Source: Planctomycetota bacterium
GTDB lineage: Bacteria > Planctomycetota > JAJSAM01 > JAJVHW01
Reading direction: 5' to 3'
Assembly: GCA_024280885.1 (NCBI GenBank)
Contig: JAJRPF010000048.1
Span: 95,868 to 159,867, forward strand
Length of the DNA: 64,000 bases
Part shown: piece after piece, positions 27,939 through 37,319 of the stretch
Layout: every line of letters starts with the position of its first letter
Position numbering within the stretch: the stretch's first letter is position 1
Made by a program: the position numbers and the translations under genes
The notes under the pieces: generated by a model
What the model was told of the DNA's origin: nothing
What the model saw: only the letters and a program-made list of their open reading frames with translations
The model's database searches: none

Positions 27939-29318
27939 ATGACTGAACTGCTTCAACCCATTCCGCTCGCAGCACTTATGACTGGTATTGTCATGGGCGT
28001 GGTCGCCGCTTGGATGGTCTCGTCCGCCCGGCTGCGCGCGGCGGTTGCGCTGTCCACGGGGCTCGCGCGGGCCGAAGCGGAGACGCGCGCGGGAGTCGCC
28101 GAGGCCGCGTGCGCGGCCGAGCGGGAGCGCCGGGAGCACGCCGAGGCCGAGGCGTCGCGCGCACGCGATCGTTCAGCGTCGCTCTCGCATGAGCTCGCCG
28201 TGGCCGAGGAGCGGGCGGAGCATCTCGCCGCGCGTGGGCGCGAGCGCGAGGGCTTTCTCGAGGACGCGCGCCGACAACTCGAGGCCACCTTCGGCACGCT
28301 GGCCGCGTCAGCGCTCGAGGCCAGTAATCGGCGCTTCTTGGAGCTTGCCGAGCAGCGTCTTGCGTCCGCTCGCGAGGGCGCGCAGGCGGATCTCGATACG
28401 CGTCGGCAGCAGATCGAGTCGCTGGTGGGGCCGCTGCGCGAGACGCTCGGACGGCTTGAGACGCGAACGGCCGAGGTGGAGCGGGCACGTGTCGATGCGT
28501 ATGCCCGTCTGGATCGTCAGGTGGAGATCCTGGCGACGGCTGCAGGCGACCTCGGCGAGCGCACGACGAGCCTGGTGACGGCGTTGCGCGGCACGCGCAC
28601 GCGTGGTCGCTGGGGCGAGATCGCGCTTCGCAACGTCGTCGAAATCGCTGGCATGACCGAGCACTGTGACTTCGAGGAGCAGGCGACGACCGCAGACGGG
28701 CGTCGGCCGGATCTGACGGTACGGCTCCCCGGGGGGCGGCTGATCGCGGTCGATGCGAAGGCGCCGCTCGACGCCTACATGGATGCCTGCGACGCGGCGA
28801 CGGAGAAGGAGCGCCGCGCAGCGCTGGATCGCCACGTCGCGGCGTTGCGTTCGCATGTGCGGGACCTCGCGTCGCGCGGTTACGCCGACGCGCTGTCAGG
28901 CGACGTGGATCTCGTCGTACTCTTCCTCCCCGGGGAGCCGTTCCTGGGGGCGGCGTTCGCGCATGCGCCGGAACTGCAGGTCGAAGCGCTGCGCTCGCGC
29001 GTGCTGGTGGCGACACCCGCGACGCTGGTCGCGCTCCTGCGCACCGTCGCGATCTACTGGCAGCAACGCGACGTGGCGCAGAACGCCGAGGCCATCGCCG
29101 CGACGGCACGCGAACTCTACGAGCGGGGCGTCGCGTTCGGTGAGCACCTCGAGCGCATCGGTACGGGGCTGCGTCAGGCTGTGGGCGCGTACGACCGGGC
29201 GGTCGGCTCATTCGAACGGCGTTTCGTGCCCATGGCCCGGCGGCTCGAGGAACTGCATGTCGCGGACCACGCGCGGCGTCAACTGGAACCACCGACAGCC
29301 GTCGATGCGCGTCCGTAG
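27939..29318 (+). CDS. rmuC: DNA recombination protein RmuC
   Basis: N-terminal TM and coiled coil; RGRWGEIAL, RPDL.V.LPGG, VDAKAPL, FLPGE, ATPATL. Confidence 0.93.
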   Translation: MTELLQPIPLAALMTGIVMGVVAAWMVSSARLRAAVALSTGLARAEAETRAGVAEAACAAERERREHAEAEASRARDRSASLSHELAVAEERAEHLAARGREREGFLEDARRQLEATFGTLAASALEASNRRFLELAEQRLASAREGAQADLDTRRQQIESLVGPLRETLGRLETRTAEVERARVDAYARLDRQVEILATAAGDLGERTTSLVTALRGTRTRGRWGEIALRNVVEIAGMTEHCDFEEQATTADGRRPDLTVRLPGGRLIAVDAKAPLDAYMDACDAATEKERRAALDRHVAALRSHVRDLASRGYADALSGDVDLVVLFLPGEPFLGAAFAHAPELQVEALRSRVLVATPATLVALLRTVAIYWQQRDVAQNAEAIAATARELYERGVAFGEHLERIGTGLRQAVGAYDRAVGSFERRFVPMARRLEELHVADHARRQLEPPTAVDARP

Positions 29319-29352
29319 CACGCCCCCGAGAGCACGAACGGCAGCGTCGGCG

Positions 29353-29880
29353 TCAGCGGAGCGCGAGCGGGAAGCGGGCCTTCTTCGTCCAGCGCTTCCG
29401 GTGACTGGTCATGAGCCACGCCTCGCGCACCCGCGCGTCGAGCGGCAGACCGTGGCCGATCCCGGCCTCTACGCGATTCATCAGCACGAGATCGAGACGC
29501 TCGCGGCGGTCCGCAATGGTCAGGTGCGGCACGACGTCGTCGAAGCGCCCGCTGTAGGGCGGGTAGTCGGGATAGAGCTCGACCAATTTCCCGATCATGC
29601 GCCGGATCGGCCGATCAGGTGTGGGGGCGAGGTAGACCACCCCGGGGAAGCGCGCCAGGTTCGGGAAGCGGAGCGAGAAGCCGCGTGTCTTCGCGAAGTG
29701 GAGGCGGAGTTCCTCGATCGTCTGTGCCGTGATCTTGGCCCGTGGGATGAATGGATAGACGAGTGTGATATGCGCGGGCACGCCAGCGGTTGCAGACGGG
29801 TCATAGAGCGATCGCCACTCGCCGACGAGCTCCTCTGCTTCCGGAATCGGGATCAGCAGCGCGCTCTCACCCTCGGCCAT
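29353..29880 (-). CDS. 2H phosphoesterase (2'-5' RNA ligase superfamily)
   Basis: Two HxT motifs: PAHITL and PHLTI. Confidence 0.85.
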   Translation of the reverse strand: MAEGESALLIPIPEAEELVGEWRSLYDPSATAGVPAHITLVYPFIPRAKITAQTIEELRLHFAKTRGFSLRFPNLARFPGVVYLAPTPDRPIRRMIGKLVELYPDYPPYSGRFDDVVPHLTIADRRERLDLVLMNRVEAGIGHGLPLDARVREAWLMTSHRKRWTKKARFPLALR

Positions 29881-30018
29881 TCTGTGCGTCCCTCCGCCTT
29901 CCCAGGCCGGGAGATCATCGCCGCGACGTGCCATGGAGCCAAATGGTTCGCGCCGAATAAGTTCATGGGGCCGAGGACGAGCGAGGCGGAGCGGGGCAAG
30001 ACCGAGCGTCGCCGCTCT

Positions 30019-30684
30019 TCAATGCGGATAGAGCGCTTCGACGAGGCCGGAGACTCCCAGCTCCTTGATCGTGATCAATACGCGTGCGCGCCGAGCCGAG
30101 AAGGGGCGACCGAGTGCGACATCGACGTGCGCACGGCCCGGGACTTCGAAGCGGCGCAACCCCAGCGTCTCGGCCACGGATGGCGAGACCAAGAGCGGGC
30201 CGCGAAAGTCCGGGTCGAGGAGAACGGCAGCCGTGGTCGCGGCGGAGCCGTCCGGGGCAGAGATGCGAACGAGCAGCGATCCACCTGCCTCGGCCGCGAC
30301 GCGCTTCGCTCCGCGCGTGAGGATTGCGCTGCCGCGCGCGTCGCGACGGAGCGTCAGGCCGAGCTTTGTGGCGAACTCGCGGCCGGCGATGAGGGCGGAT
30401 GCGGGGAGGTACGCCATCCGAGGGCGCGTGTCGCCGGCCTCCGCAGGCTCAAAAACGTACCTATGTGGCGCCAGAGGAGCGATCTGATGCGCCTCTTCCA
30501 TCGAGCCTGCTGGCGAGGCCTCACCGTCCGCGATGGCGATCCACGCGGCGTCGGCGGGCCACAAGGCCCTCGTCACCACGGCATCGTCGAGTGAGCGCGC
30601 CGTCGCTACGCGATCAGCCTGGGACACGCACCCACCAGATAGCGTGAGTGCGAGCGTGAGCAGGATCGTGAAACGAGCGTTCAT
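30019..30684 (-). CDS. Lipoprotein, possibly degenerate retropepsin-like fold
   Basis: Lipobox SGGC; VLLDPDFRGPLLVSPSVAETLGL resembles LxDTGF..L.LP..A..LGL. Confidence 0.55.
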   Translation of the reverse strand: MNARFTILLTLALTLSGGCVSQADRVATARSLDDAVVTRALWPADAAWIAIADGEASPAGSMEEAHQIAPLAPHRYVFEPAEAGDTRPRMAYLPASALIAGREFATKLGLTLRRDARGSAILTRGAKRVAAEAGGSLLVRISAPDGSAATTAAVLLDPDFRGPLLVSPSVAETLGLRRFEVPGRAHVDVALGRPFSARRARVLITIKELGVSGLVEALYPH

Positions 30685-30980
30685 GGAGAGGTCGCGCCAC
30701 TCTCGCGTGCGCTTGTCATCGCCTCGTCGCGGCGCGCGGCGAATACGTCGTGCTCGCGCTCGCCGCAGATCGACGCCGTTCCGGCCGCCACGGCAATCTG
30801 AACGGCATGGACGGGGATGAACAGCACCCACCAGCCGAGCGCGAAGAGGGCGACCTCGATGCCGAGCACGATGCCGAAGGCCGTGAGCTCGTTCGCGTAG
30901 GCCAGGCCCGCGCCGGGGATCACCGCCGAGAGGGCGGCGGCGAGGGCCGGATCACGGCGACGGGCGGTTGCGGACTGCAT
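30681..30980 (-). CDS. Small TM2-like membrane protein
   Basis: DPALAAALSAVIPGAGLAY motif, hydrophobic; ATGA coupling to the lipoprotein gene. Confidence 0.7.
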   Translation of the reverse strand: MQSATARRRDPALAAALSAVIPGAGLAYANELTAFGIVLGIEVALFALGWWVLFIPVHAVQIAVAAGTASICGEREHDVFAARRDEAMTSARESGATSP

Positions 30981-31135
30981 GCGGCAGAGGATATCGCCTC
31001 CGGGGCGTGCGCGCCCGCGTAGGCTCAGGGTTATCCTGTCACTACGTGCGGCGCAATTCGCGGGGGTGTTCGACCGTCCAAGCCCACGCAGTCAACTCAG
31101 AAGCTACGACTCGTCACCAATGAGGATCCCCACCC

Positions 31136-32683
31136 ATGCGGAAGTCCGTGCTGTTGATCTCGCTGGCCGCCATCGCAAGCGTGGGCCTCTTCGCACGCGG
31201 TAGCCGCGGCGGGGACGATCTCCAGAAGCGCTATCGGCTCAGGCGAATCAGCGGAGCGACCAGCATGGCGTCGCCCGCCAAAGCGCTCCTCGAGAGCACC
31301 GAGGACTGCCCGCTCGCTGCCGGGGTTCCCGAGGCCATCGGCCCGAATTTCGACCCCGATCTCTATGACGAGATCAGCATCGCAGGCAACGGCCGACTTG
31401 TCGCGTATGCGACCCAGACCGCGCAGCTCCCGATCCCCGGGATGCGCGTGATCGTGATCCAGCGCGAGGGGGGCGACGCCGAGACCGTCAGCGAGGGCTC
31501 GGGCGAGAACGATCAGCCATCGATCGACCTCGACAAGCTCGGGAGCCGCCTGGCGTTCCGTGGTCCCGGGGGATCTCGCGGCGCCGACACCGACATCTAC
31601 GTACGGACCGTCACGCGTCGCGGCAACGGCCTGGGCGGCGAGTTCCCGACCACCGAGACGACGAACCTCACTGACATCGGGAATGGCAACAGCACATTCG
31701 CGAGCTATCCCTCTCTGACGGCGCGCACGCTCGTAACCGAGATCGATGGCTCAGGGATCACGTTCATCGAGCGCGACGCACGTCTCGCGTTCATTTCCGA
31801 TGGCGACTTCGACAAGGACCAGCGCCGTCCCAACCACGCCGATCCCGGCCACAACGAAGAGAACGTCGAGCAACTCTTCATCTGGCGAGAGAAGGACCGC
31901 CGCTTCACGCAGGCAACGCGCAATACGGATCCAGACGTCCGCATGGCCCGGCCCTCGATCTCCGGCAACGGCAAGTTGGTCGCGTTCGAGTGCACGGCGG
32001 ATCTCGTTCCCGACGCGACGAACCCCCGCGACGCGACGCAGGTCGGCAATCCGGACAACGTACGACAGATCTACCTCTGGCGTCGCACGCGGAAGGGACA
32101 GTCGATTATCCAGCTGACGTTCGGAGACCGTGCCTCATACGCTCCGCGCATCGCCGCGAACGGCAGTCAAGTGCTCTTCTGCTCGCGCGCGGATCTGGTC
32201 CCCGGCGGCAATCCCGAGGGCAACTACGAGATCTTCCGCCACCGCCGTGGCACGCGCGCCGCCCGTCGCCTGGCGCAGCTGACGCAGACCCCCGAGGGCG
32301 AGAACGTCCTTCCGCGACCGACGCGCAGCCCTGGGCGTTTCGTGTTCTATTCCACTGCGGCCCCGCCCGCCGGCGGAGCGACGTTCGGTCTCGGACCGCG
32401 GCAGTGTGGCCCGACAGCGTTGCTCTGGACGCGCGGGCGGGTGCGACTCGTCGGTGGGTTGCTCGATCTGGAGCAGATCGGGAACGCGCCGAACCTGATC
32501 TTCGTCGGCCCGCCAGCGGCGACCTTCGCTTCGAAGATTCACTTCGCGACCAACGATCCGCAACTGGACCCACCACCGTTGCGTGACGACGACGACGATC
32601 CGACCAACGATCCGCCGTCGCCCGGCACGGCCGGTCCGACGCAGCTCCACCTGGCGCGGGCTACGCGCTTCGCGCGCCGGTGA
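31136..32683 (+). CDS. Secreted TolB-like (PD40) beta-propeller protein
   Basis: Signal peptide; repeats ISIAGNGRLVAY, PSISGNGKLVAFE, PRIAANGSQVLF, NPEGNYEIF. Confidence 0.8.
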   Translation: MRKSVLLISLAAIASVGLFARGSRGGDDLQKRYRLRRISGATSMASPAKALLESTEDCPLAAGVPEAIGPNFDPDLYDEISIAGNGRLVAYATQTAQLPIPGMRVIVIQREGGDAETVSEGSGENDQPSIDLDKLGSRLAFRGPGGSRGADTDIYVRTVTRRGNGLGGEFPTTETTNLTDIGNGNSTFASYPSLTARTLVTEIDGSGITFIERDARLAFISDGDFDKDQRRPNHADPGHNEENVEQLFIWREKDRRFTQATRNTDPDVRMARPSISGNGKLVAFECTADLVPDATNPRDATQVGNPDNVRQIYLWRRTRKGQSIIQLTFGDRASYAPRIAANGSQVLFCSRADLVPGGNPEGNYEIFRHRRGTRAARRLAQLTQTPEGENVLPRPTRSPGRFVFYSTAAPPAGGATFGLGPRQCGPTALLWTRGRVRLVGGLLDLEQIGNAPNLIFVGPPAATFASKIHFATNDPQLDPPPLRDDDDDPTNDPPSPGTAGPTQLHLARATRFARR

Positions 32684-32689
32684 GCCGAT

Positions 32690-32958
32690 GGCGCGTTGTT
32701 GCGTTGGGGTCGCCTCCGGCTCCTCGCTCGCTCTCGCTCGCATGTTCGGCTTCGGTCGCAGCTCCGGCTGCTTCAACTGGGGCTGCGCTCGGAGCTCGTT
32801 GCCTCGCATCGGGTCGGAGACTCGACGTGGAAGTTGGCGCGTCGCATGGGTGGGTCTCGCAGGCGGAATCCGCTCTGTCAGCCTCACCGCGAGTGTCACG
32901 CCGTGAGCGGAGCTCACGGCCCGCCACTCGCTCTCGTTTCTGGCGTTGTCGTGGGGGG
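32690..32958. repeat. Dispersed structured intergenic repeat, copy B
   Basis: Core 32734-32931; about 83% identical to copy A and 86% to copy C by hand count. Confidence 0.9.
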
Positions 32959-33058
32959 GGGCCTCTCTCGCGCCTGCCATGCCAGCGGCGCCGCGTTCCG
33001 TCCGAACTCCTCTCCCCAATCAATCTCCTCTCCCTGATCAACCGAGCGGGTGTGCGGC

Positions 33059-33165
33059 GTCGAAGTAGCGTGCCTGGCTCAATTTTCTCGGCGCGGCGAC
33101 GAGTCGCGCCCTCGTCCATCTGAGTCACCGCGCCGAAAAATCTGAGCCTGGCACGGTATTTCGAC
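33059..33165. repeat. Long imperfect inverted repeat (42-bp arms, 23-nt loop)
   Basis: 33059-33100 versus reverse complement of 33124-33165: 35/42 matches, no gaps. Confidence 0.8.
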
Positions 33166-33378
33166 CCCTCGACGAGTCGCGATCCATCCTGACCCATCTC
33201 CCCATCTTCATCTCCATCCCCTCGCCACCTCCCAGACCGGGGACGGCTCTCGGTCCTCTCACCAACTCTCCTCCACCACGCCGCTCGCCGTCCGTCTCGT
33301 CGTGCCCGGCTCGAAAGGGCCCGGAAGCTGACCCGGTCAGACCGCTCTCCCGTCGCGGCGTACCGTAGGATGGCCTGG

Positions 33379-35898
33379 ATGCGCATTGCCTCACGCTTCG
33401 TCGCCCTCTTTGTCTTCACCGCACTCCTGGGCGTCAGCCCCATTCGAGCGGATGACGATGGCGGGGATGCTCCGCCGCCCGATGAGGCGGTCGTTGACGA
33501 TCCGGCCGCGGTTGAGCGTCGGAAGCGTCTGGAACTCGATGATCGGCGCGAGAAACTGCCCGACTCGGCGCAGCCGGCCATGGTGTTGCTCGATGACTTT
33601 CGCGACCGCGAGTTTCGCGTCTGGTCGTCGCTGCGAGACGCCGTCGTCCTGCACGGAGTCGCGGCGCTCCCCGCGCTCGAGATCGCACTTGAGGAACTCG
33701 ATTGGGAGACGCGCGCGTTTGCGGCTTCTTGCCTAGCTCTGCTCGGGGAACGCTCCACCGCGGCTGCGCTCGGTGATGCGTACCACGCCGAGAAGAAGTT
33801 CACCGAGGCGCGTCGGCAGTACGTTCTCGCGATCGCGGCGTTGGGCGCGAAGTCGTCGAAGGAACTCCTCCTCGAAGCGGCTGGCGAGGAGTCCTCCGGT
33901 ATTCGACTGGCGGCCGTGCGGGGACTGGGCGCTCTCGGCGATCCGGAGCTTGCCGACTTCCTGCGCGGCTTCGTCGACGACGAGGATCTCGACATCCGCT
34001 ACGAGGCGCGCGGCAGTCTTGCGGCACTCGGTGATGAGGCGGTGGTTGCCAGCCTGCTCGCGGAGACCAAAGGACTCGTGTCCTCGCGCCAGTTGCAGCG
34101 CGTGCCGTCGCTCGAGACCGAAGACAATGGCGATCGGTACTCGCACTACCTGCTCGGGCTCGCGTTGGCGCGGGCGCCGCGCGAAGCGGCCGACAAGATT
34201 CTCGTCGCCGCGCTGACGGCCTCAAAACCGTACGCCCACAAGGACTTCCTGCGCATGGGCGTCGCCGAGGGGCTCGGTCGCCGCGCGGCGGGCGGCGAGG
34301 CGCCGCACCCCAAACTCGCCTCGGGCATCGCGCACAAGAAGAACGAGGTGCGCGTCGCATGCAGCTACGGAGCTGGTTGGGCACGTGCTCCGGAACTCGT
34401 GCCGAGGCTCGTCAAGGCGCTCGGCGACAGTCAACTCGACGTGCGGCACAACGCTGTCATGGCGCTCGGTCGAATTGGCGGTGACGGCGCCGCGAGCGCG
34501 CTGGCGAAGGCATCGAAAGACAAGGCTGGAGAGATCCGCATCAGCGCCGTGCGCGCCATGTCAGCAGTGCCGGGCGCTGTGACGACCAAGGCGCTGATCG
34601 GCACCCTTCGCGACAAGAAGTACATGGTGCGCGTGATGGCCGCGCGAGCGTTGCGCTACCGGACGCAGGAAGCGGGCGTCCTCTCTGGTTTGCTGCGTTC
34701 CGCGCGCGACTCGGATTACGGAGTTCGCGAGCAGGCGCTCGCTGCCCTCGCACATCATCCCGTCGGTGACGACGTCGTGGAGGCGCTGGTCTCCGCGCTC
34801 AGTGATCGCGACTTCGGCGTTCGTACCAACGGGAGCCTTGGTCTCGCGAAAATCGTGGAACACTGCGAAGCCGCCAAGGCGGCTCCCGTCGCGGCGCGTA
34901 GCGTGTCGCTCTATCTCTCGGCCGACACCACGCGCGAAGAGAAGGGCATGCTCGAGTACCTCGACGCGGCACGCGCTTCCGGTTGCGTTCTTCCGCTGAT
35001 CAGCGGTCTTGAGAGCGACACGTTGGAGACGCGCGTCCGGGCGAATAGGGCGCTGATGACCGTTGGTGAGACGTCGCGCAACTTCAAGCCGGAGGCGTCG
35101 GCAGACGATCGTGCGAAGGCTGTGAAGCGGTGGCGCGAGTGGTGGGCGAGTCGGGCTGATGATCTGCCTGCTCGTGGCTCCCGCGCGCGGGCAGCGATCA
35201 CGGGCAAGCTCTCGGAGGCCGCGCGCGATCTGAAGTGGAAGGGTCTCGACATCGCCTTGCTCTTCGACTCGACGGGGTCGATGGCGGGCCTCATCCGCGC
35301 CGCGAAGCAACGCACTGATGAGATCATCCACGAGCTTCATGGCTTGCTGCCCAGCTTGCGCGTCAGCGTCTTCACGTACCGCGACTACGGCGACAGCTAC
35401 GTCTGGTATGGCACCCCGCTCACGTTCGACACGTCGAAGCTCGCGGGCTTCCTGCAGAACGCGACGCACGGTCAAGGCGGGGACATCCCGGAGGCGGTCT
35501 TCGAGACCACGAAGAACGCAATGGAACGCCTCGATTGGCGTCCCGAAGCCCACAAGGTCGTGGTCTACGCCGGTGACGCGCCGCACCATCCAGAGTCGAA
35601 CGGCGTCTTCATGGAGACGATCCGCAACTTCTGTACGCCCGAGAATAATGGGGTCCTGCACGCGATATTCACCGACACGAATCGCCGCTCGCTGGACATC
35701 AAGACACGTAAGAAGCGGGCGGACTTCTCGAAGGTCACCTCGCCCTTCTTCGAACGCTACAAGGAGACAGCGGCTGTCGGCCGCGGCAAGGCTGTTCTGC
35801 TCGACGACGAGAGCGCGCTCATCAAGGACTTGCTCGTGCTGACGTTCGGCGAGACGTTCCGCGCGGACATCGAGAACCTGCTGGATTTCGAGTACTGA
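33379..35898 (+). CDS. Secreted HEAT-repeat protein with C-terminal VWA domain
   Basis: Signal peptide; many D....VR..A..AL HEAT repeats; DIALLFDSTGSM MIDAS, YRDYGD, GGDIPEAV, GDAPHH; start 33379 (or 33370). Confidence 0.9.
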   Translation: MRIASRFVALFVFTALLGVSPIRADDDGGDAPPPDEAVVDDPAAVERRKRLELDDRREKLPDSAQPAMVLLDDFRDREFRVWSSLRDAVVLHGVAALPALEIALEELDWETRAFAASCLALLGERSTAAALGDAYHAEKKFTEARRQYVLAIAALGAKSSKELLLEAAGEESSGIRLAAVRGLGALGDPELADFLRGFVDDEDLDIRYEARGSLAALGDEAVVASLLAETKGLVSSRQLQRVPSLETEDNGDRYSHYLLGLALARAPREAADKILVAALTASKPYAHKDFLRMGVAEGLGRRAAGGEAPHPKLASGIAHKKNEVRVACSYGAGWARAPELVPRLVKALGDSQLDVRHNAVMALGRIGGDGAASALAKASKDKAGEIRISAVRAMSAVPGAVTTKALIGTLRDKKYMVRVMAARALRYRTQEAGVLSGLLRSARDSDYGVREQALAALAHHPVGDDVVEALVSALSDRDFGVRTNGSLGLAKIVEHCEAAKAAPVAARSVSLYLSADTTREEKGMLEYLDAARASGCVLPLISGLESDTLETRVRANRALMTVGETSRNFKPEASADDRAKAVKRWREWWASRADDLPARGSRARAAITGKLSEAARDLKWKGLDIALLFDSTGSMAGLIRAAKQRTDEIIHELHGLLPSLRVSVFTYRDYGDSYVWYGTPLTFDTSKLAGFLQNATHGQGGDIPEAVFETTKNAMERLDWRPEAHKVVVYAGDAPHHPESNGVFMETIRNFCTPENNGVLHAIFTDTNRRSLDIKTRKKRADFSKVTSPFFERYKETAAVGRGKAVLLDDESALIKDLLVLTFGETFRADIENLLDFEY

Positions 35899-35930
35899 CG
35901 CGGGGGGCGCGCGGAGCGCGTCGGCCGCGT

Positions 35931-36192
35931 CCTTGATTTTGTGGCGACTCCGTCGCCACCCCTCGCTTCGCTCGGGTGTTCGGCTTCGGTCGCGGCTCCG
36001 GCTGCTTCAACCGGGGCTGCGTTCGGCGTTCGCTGCCGCGCATTGGGTCGGAGACTCGCCGTGGAAGTTGGCGCGTCGCATGGGCGGGTTTCGCAGGCGG
36101 AATCCCCTCCCTTCACCTCACCGCGAGTGTCACGCTGCGTGCTCCGCACACAGCCCGCCACTCGCTGTCGTTTCCGGCGTCGTCGTTGCGGG
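35931..36192. repeat. Dispersed structured intergenic repeat, copy C
   Basis: Core 35968-36165; left hairpin GTGGCGAC-TCC-GTCGCCAC matches copy A GTGCCGAC-TCC-GTCGGCAC. Confidence 0.9.
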
Positions 36193-36486
36193 GTGTCTCG
36201 CGGCCCGACTCGGGCGTGTTGGCCCACTCCTCGCCGTCGCAACTACCCCCCGAACCGTCCGCCCGAGACCGACCCGACCAGATCAGAACAGACCGTGTCC
36301 TCCGCCGCAGCCAGGCCACCTGCGGGGCGGCGTATTGCGCCCCTCGCCGCGCCTTGCGTCAGCCCTTGGAGCATTCCCCGTTCTTGCCGCCGTCTGGGAA
36401 GTCGTCGGTTGCCAGCCGGGCGATCACGGTCGTGAGTGCGACGATCCCGGCGAGACTTGGGATAGACGTCGGAGCGTTCGCGATGC

Positions 36487-37167
36487 TCAGCGCCAGCGGA
36501 TCTTGACGGTCTCGTATCCGAATGATCGGAGCAGTGCTTCGATGGAACGCTCCGCACTGGATTTCGCTCGCTCCAGTATCCCGCCATCGAGTGCCGCGTC
36601 GCGCAGGGAAGCCTCCGCCTCCTGGCGCGCACGCGACTCGAGGCCCTCCTTGCGCTTCGCGAGTACGTCGGTGTTGCGCGTGTGCACGTACGTGCGTTCG
36701 TTGTCGAGATCCGTTGTGAGGATCTCTGGCGGCGGGAGGGTCATGCGGATCGTGCGCGTCGCGGGGTCGGCGCGAACATCGTCCTCGCGCAGTTTCGAGA
36801 GGTCGACCCCCGCCGTGATGTCGGCGGCCGCGACGAGCAGGATGGCATCGTTCGACTTCACCCAGCCCCAGAAGCGACTCTGCTCCTCGCTGAGGTCGAT
36901 GACGCGCTCGATGTGGAAGCTGGTCGTCTCCAGTCGCGAGAGCTCGCGCACTGCGGTGACCACGCTCGGTTGGGCGCGGATCGTCGTCGTCTCGTTCGAC
37001 TCTCGAAGCGCGCCGAAGAGGCCGAAGCCCGCGCTCACAACCGCCCCCCCGAAGAACGCGACGCCGGCGAGAACCGCCACCAGCAGCGTGATCAGGAGGC
37101 CTCGAACCCAGGTCGGTTTCCCACTCTCGGCTGGAGCGTCGGGCGCGGACGTGCTCTCGTGTGTCAT
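36487..37167 (-). CDS. DUF4230 family membrane-anchored protein
   Basis: N-terminal TM; VRELSRLET, AGVDLSKL, LPPPEI, ALDGGILERA. Confidence 0.85.
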   Translation of the reverse strand: MTHESTSAPDAPAESGKPTWVRGLLITLLVAVLAGVAFFGGAVVSAGFGLFGALRESNETTTIRAQPSVVTAVRELSRLETTSFHIERVIDLSEEQSRFWGWVKSNDAILLVAAADITAGVDLSKLREDDVRADPATRTIRMTLPPPEILTTDLDNERTYVHTRNTDVLAKRKEGLESRARQEAEASLRDAALDGGILERAKSSAERSIEALLRSFGYETVKIRWR

Positions 37168-37178
37168 GGTGTGAGAGA

Positions 37179-37262
37179 GTAACCGGAGAGGCCTCGGTCA
37201 CGTTCGCAGCGGAGCTGCGGCTGCGCTGGTTCTTGCGGAATGTCGGCGGCGGCGTTGTGGTT
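37179..37262 (+). promoter_or_regulatory. Candidate ECF-sigma promoters upstream of the Cys-repeat lipoprotein
   Basis: GTAACC-N16-CGTT (37179-37204) and GGAAT-N18-GTT (37237-37262). Confidence 0.3.
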
Positions 37263-37319
37263 GAGGTTCCAGGAGGCCGCGCCAGCGGGCGTAGCAACAC
37301 AAACAGAAGGACAACGCAG

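Noticed and set aside
29353-29880. 2H phosphoesterase as the partner nuclease of the DAC protein
   Set aside because: 11 kb away in an unrelated context; common stand-alone family
32952-32961. G homopolymer as a phase-variation tract
   Set aside because: Intergenic at the edge of repeat copy B and about 400 bp from the next start; no gene or promoter evidently affected
11866-36192. Repeat as a CRISPR array, tRNA, group II intron or integron attC
   Set aside because: Copies are kilobases apart with no spacers or cas genes; no cloverleaf or T-loop, no domain V motif, no RYYYAAC/GTTRRRY ends
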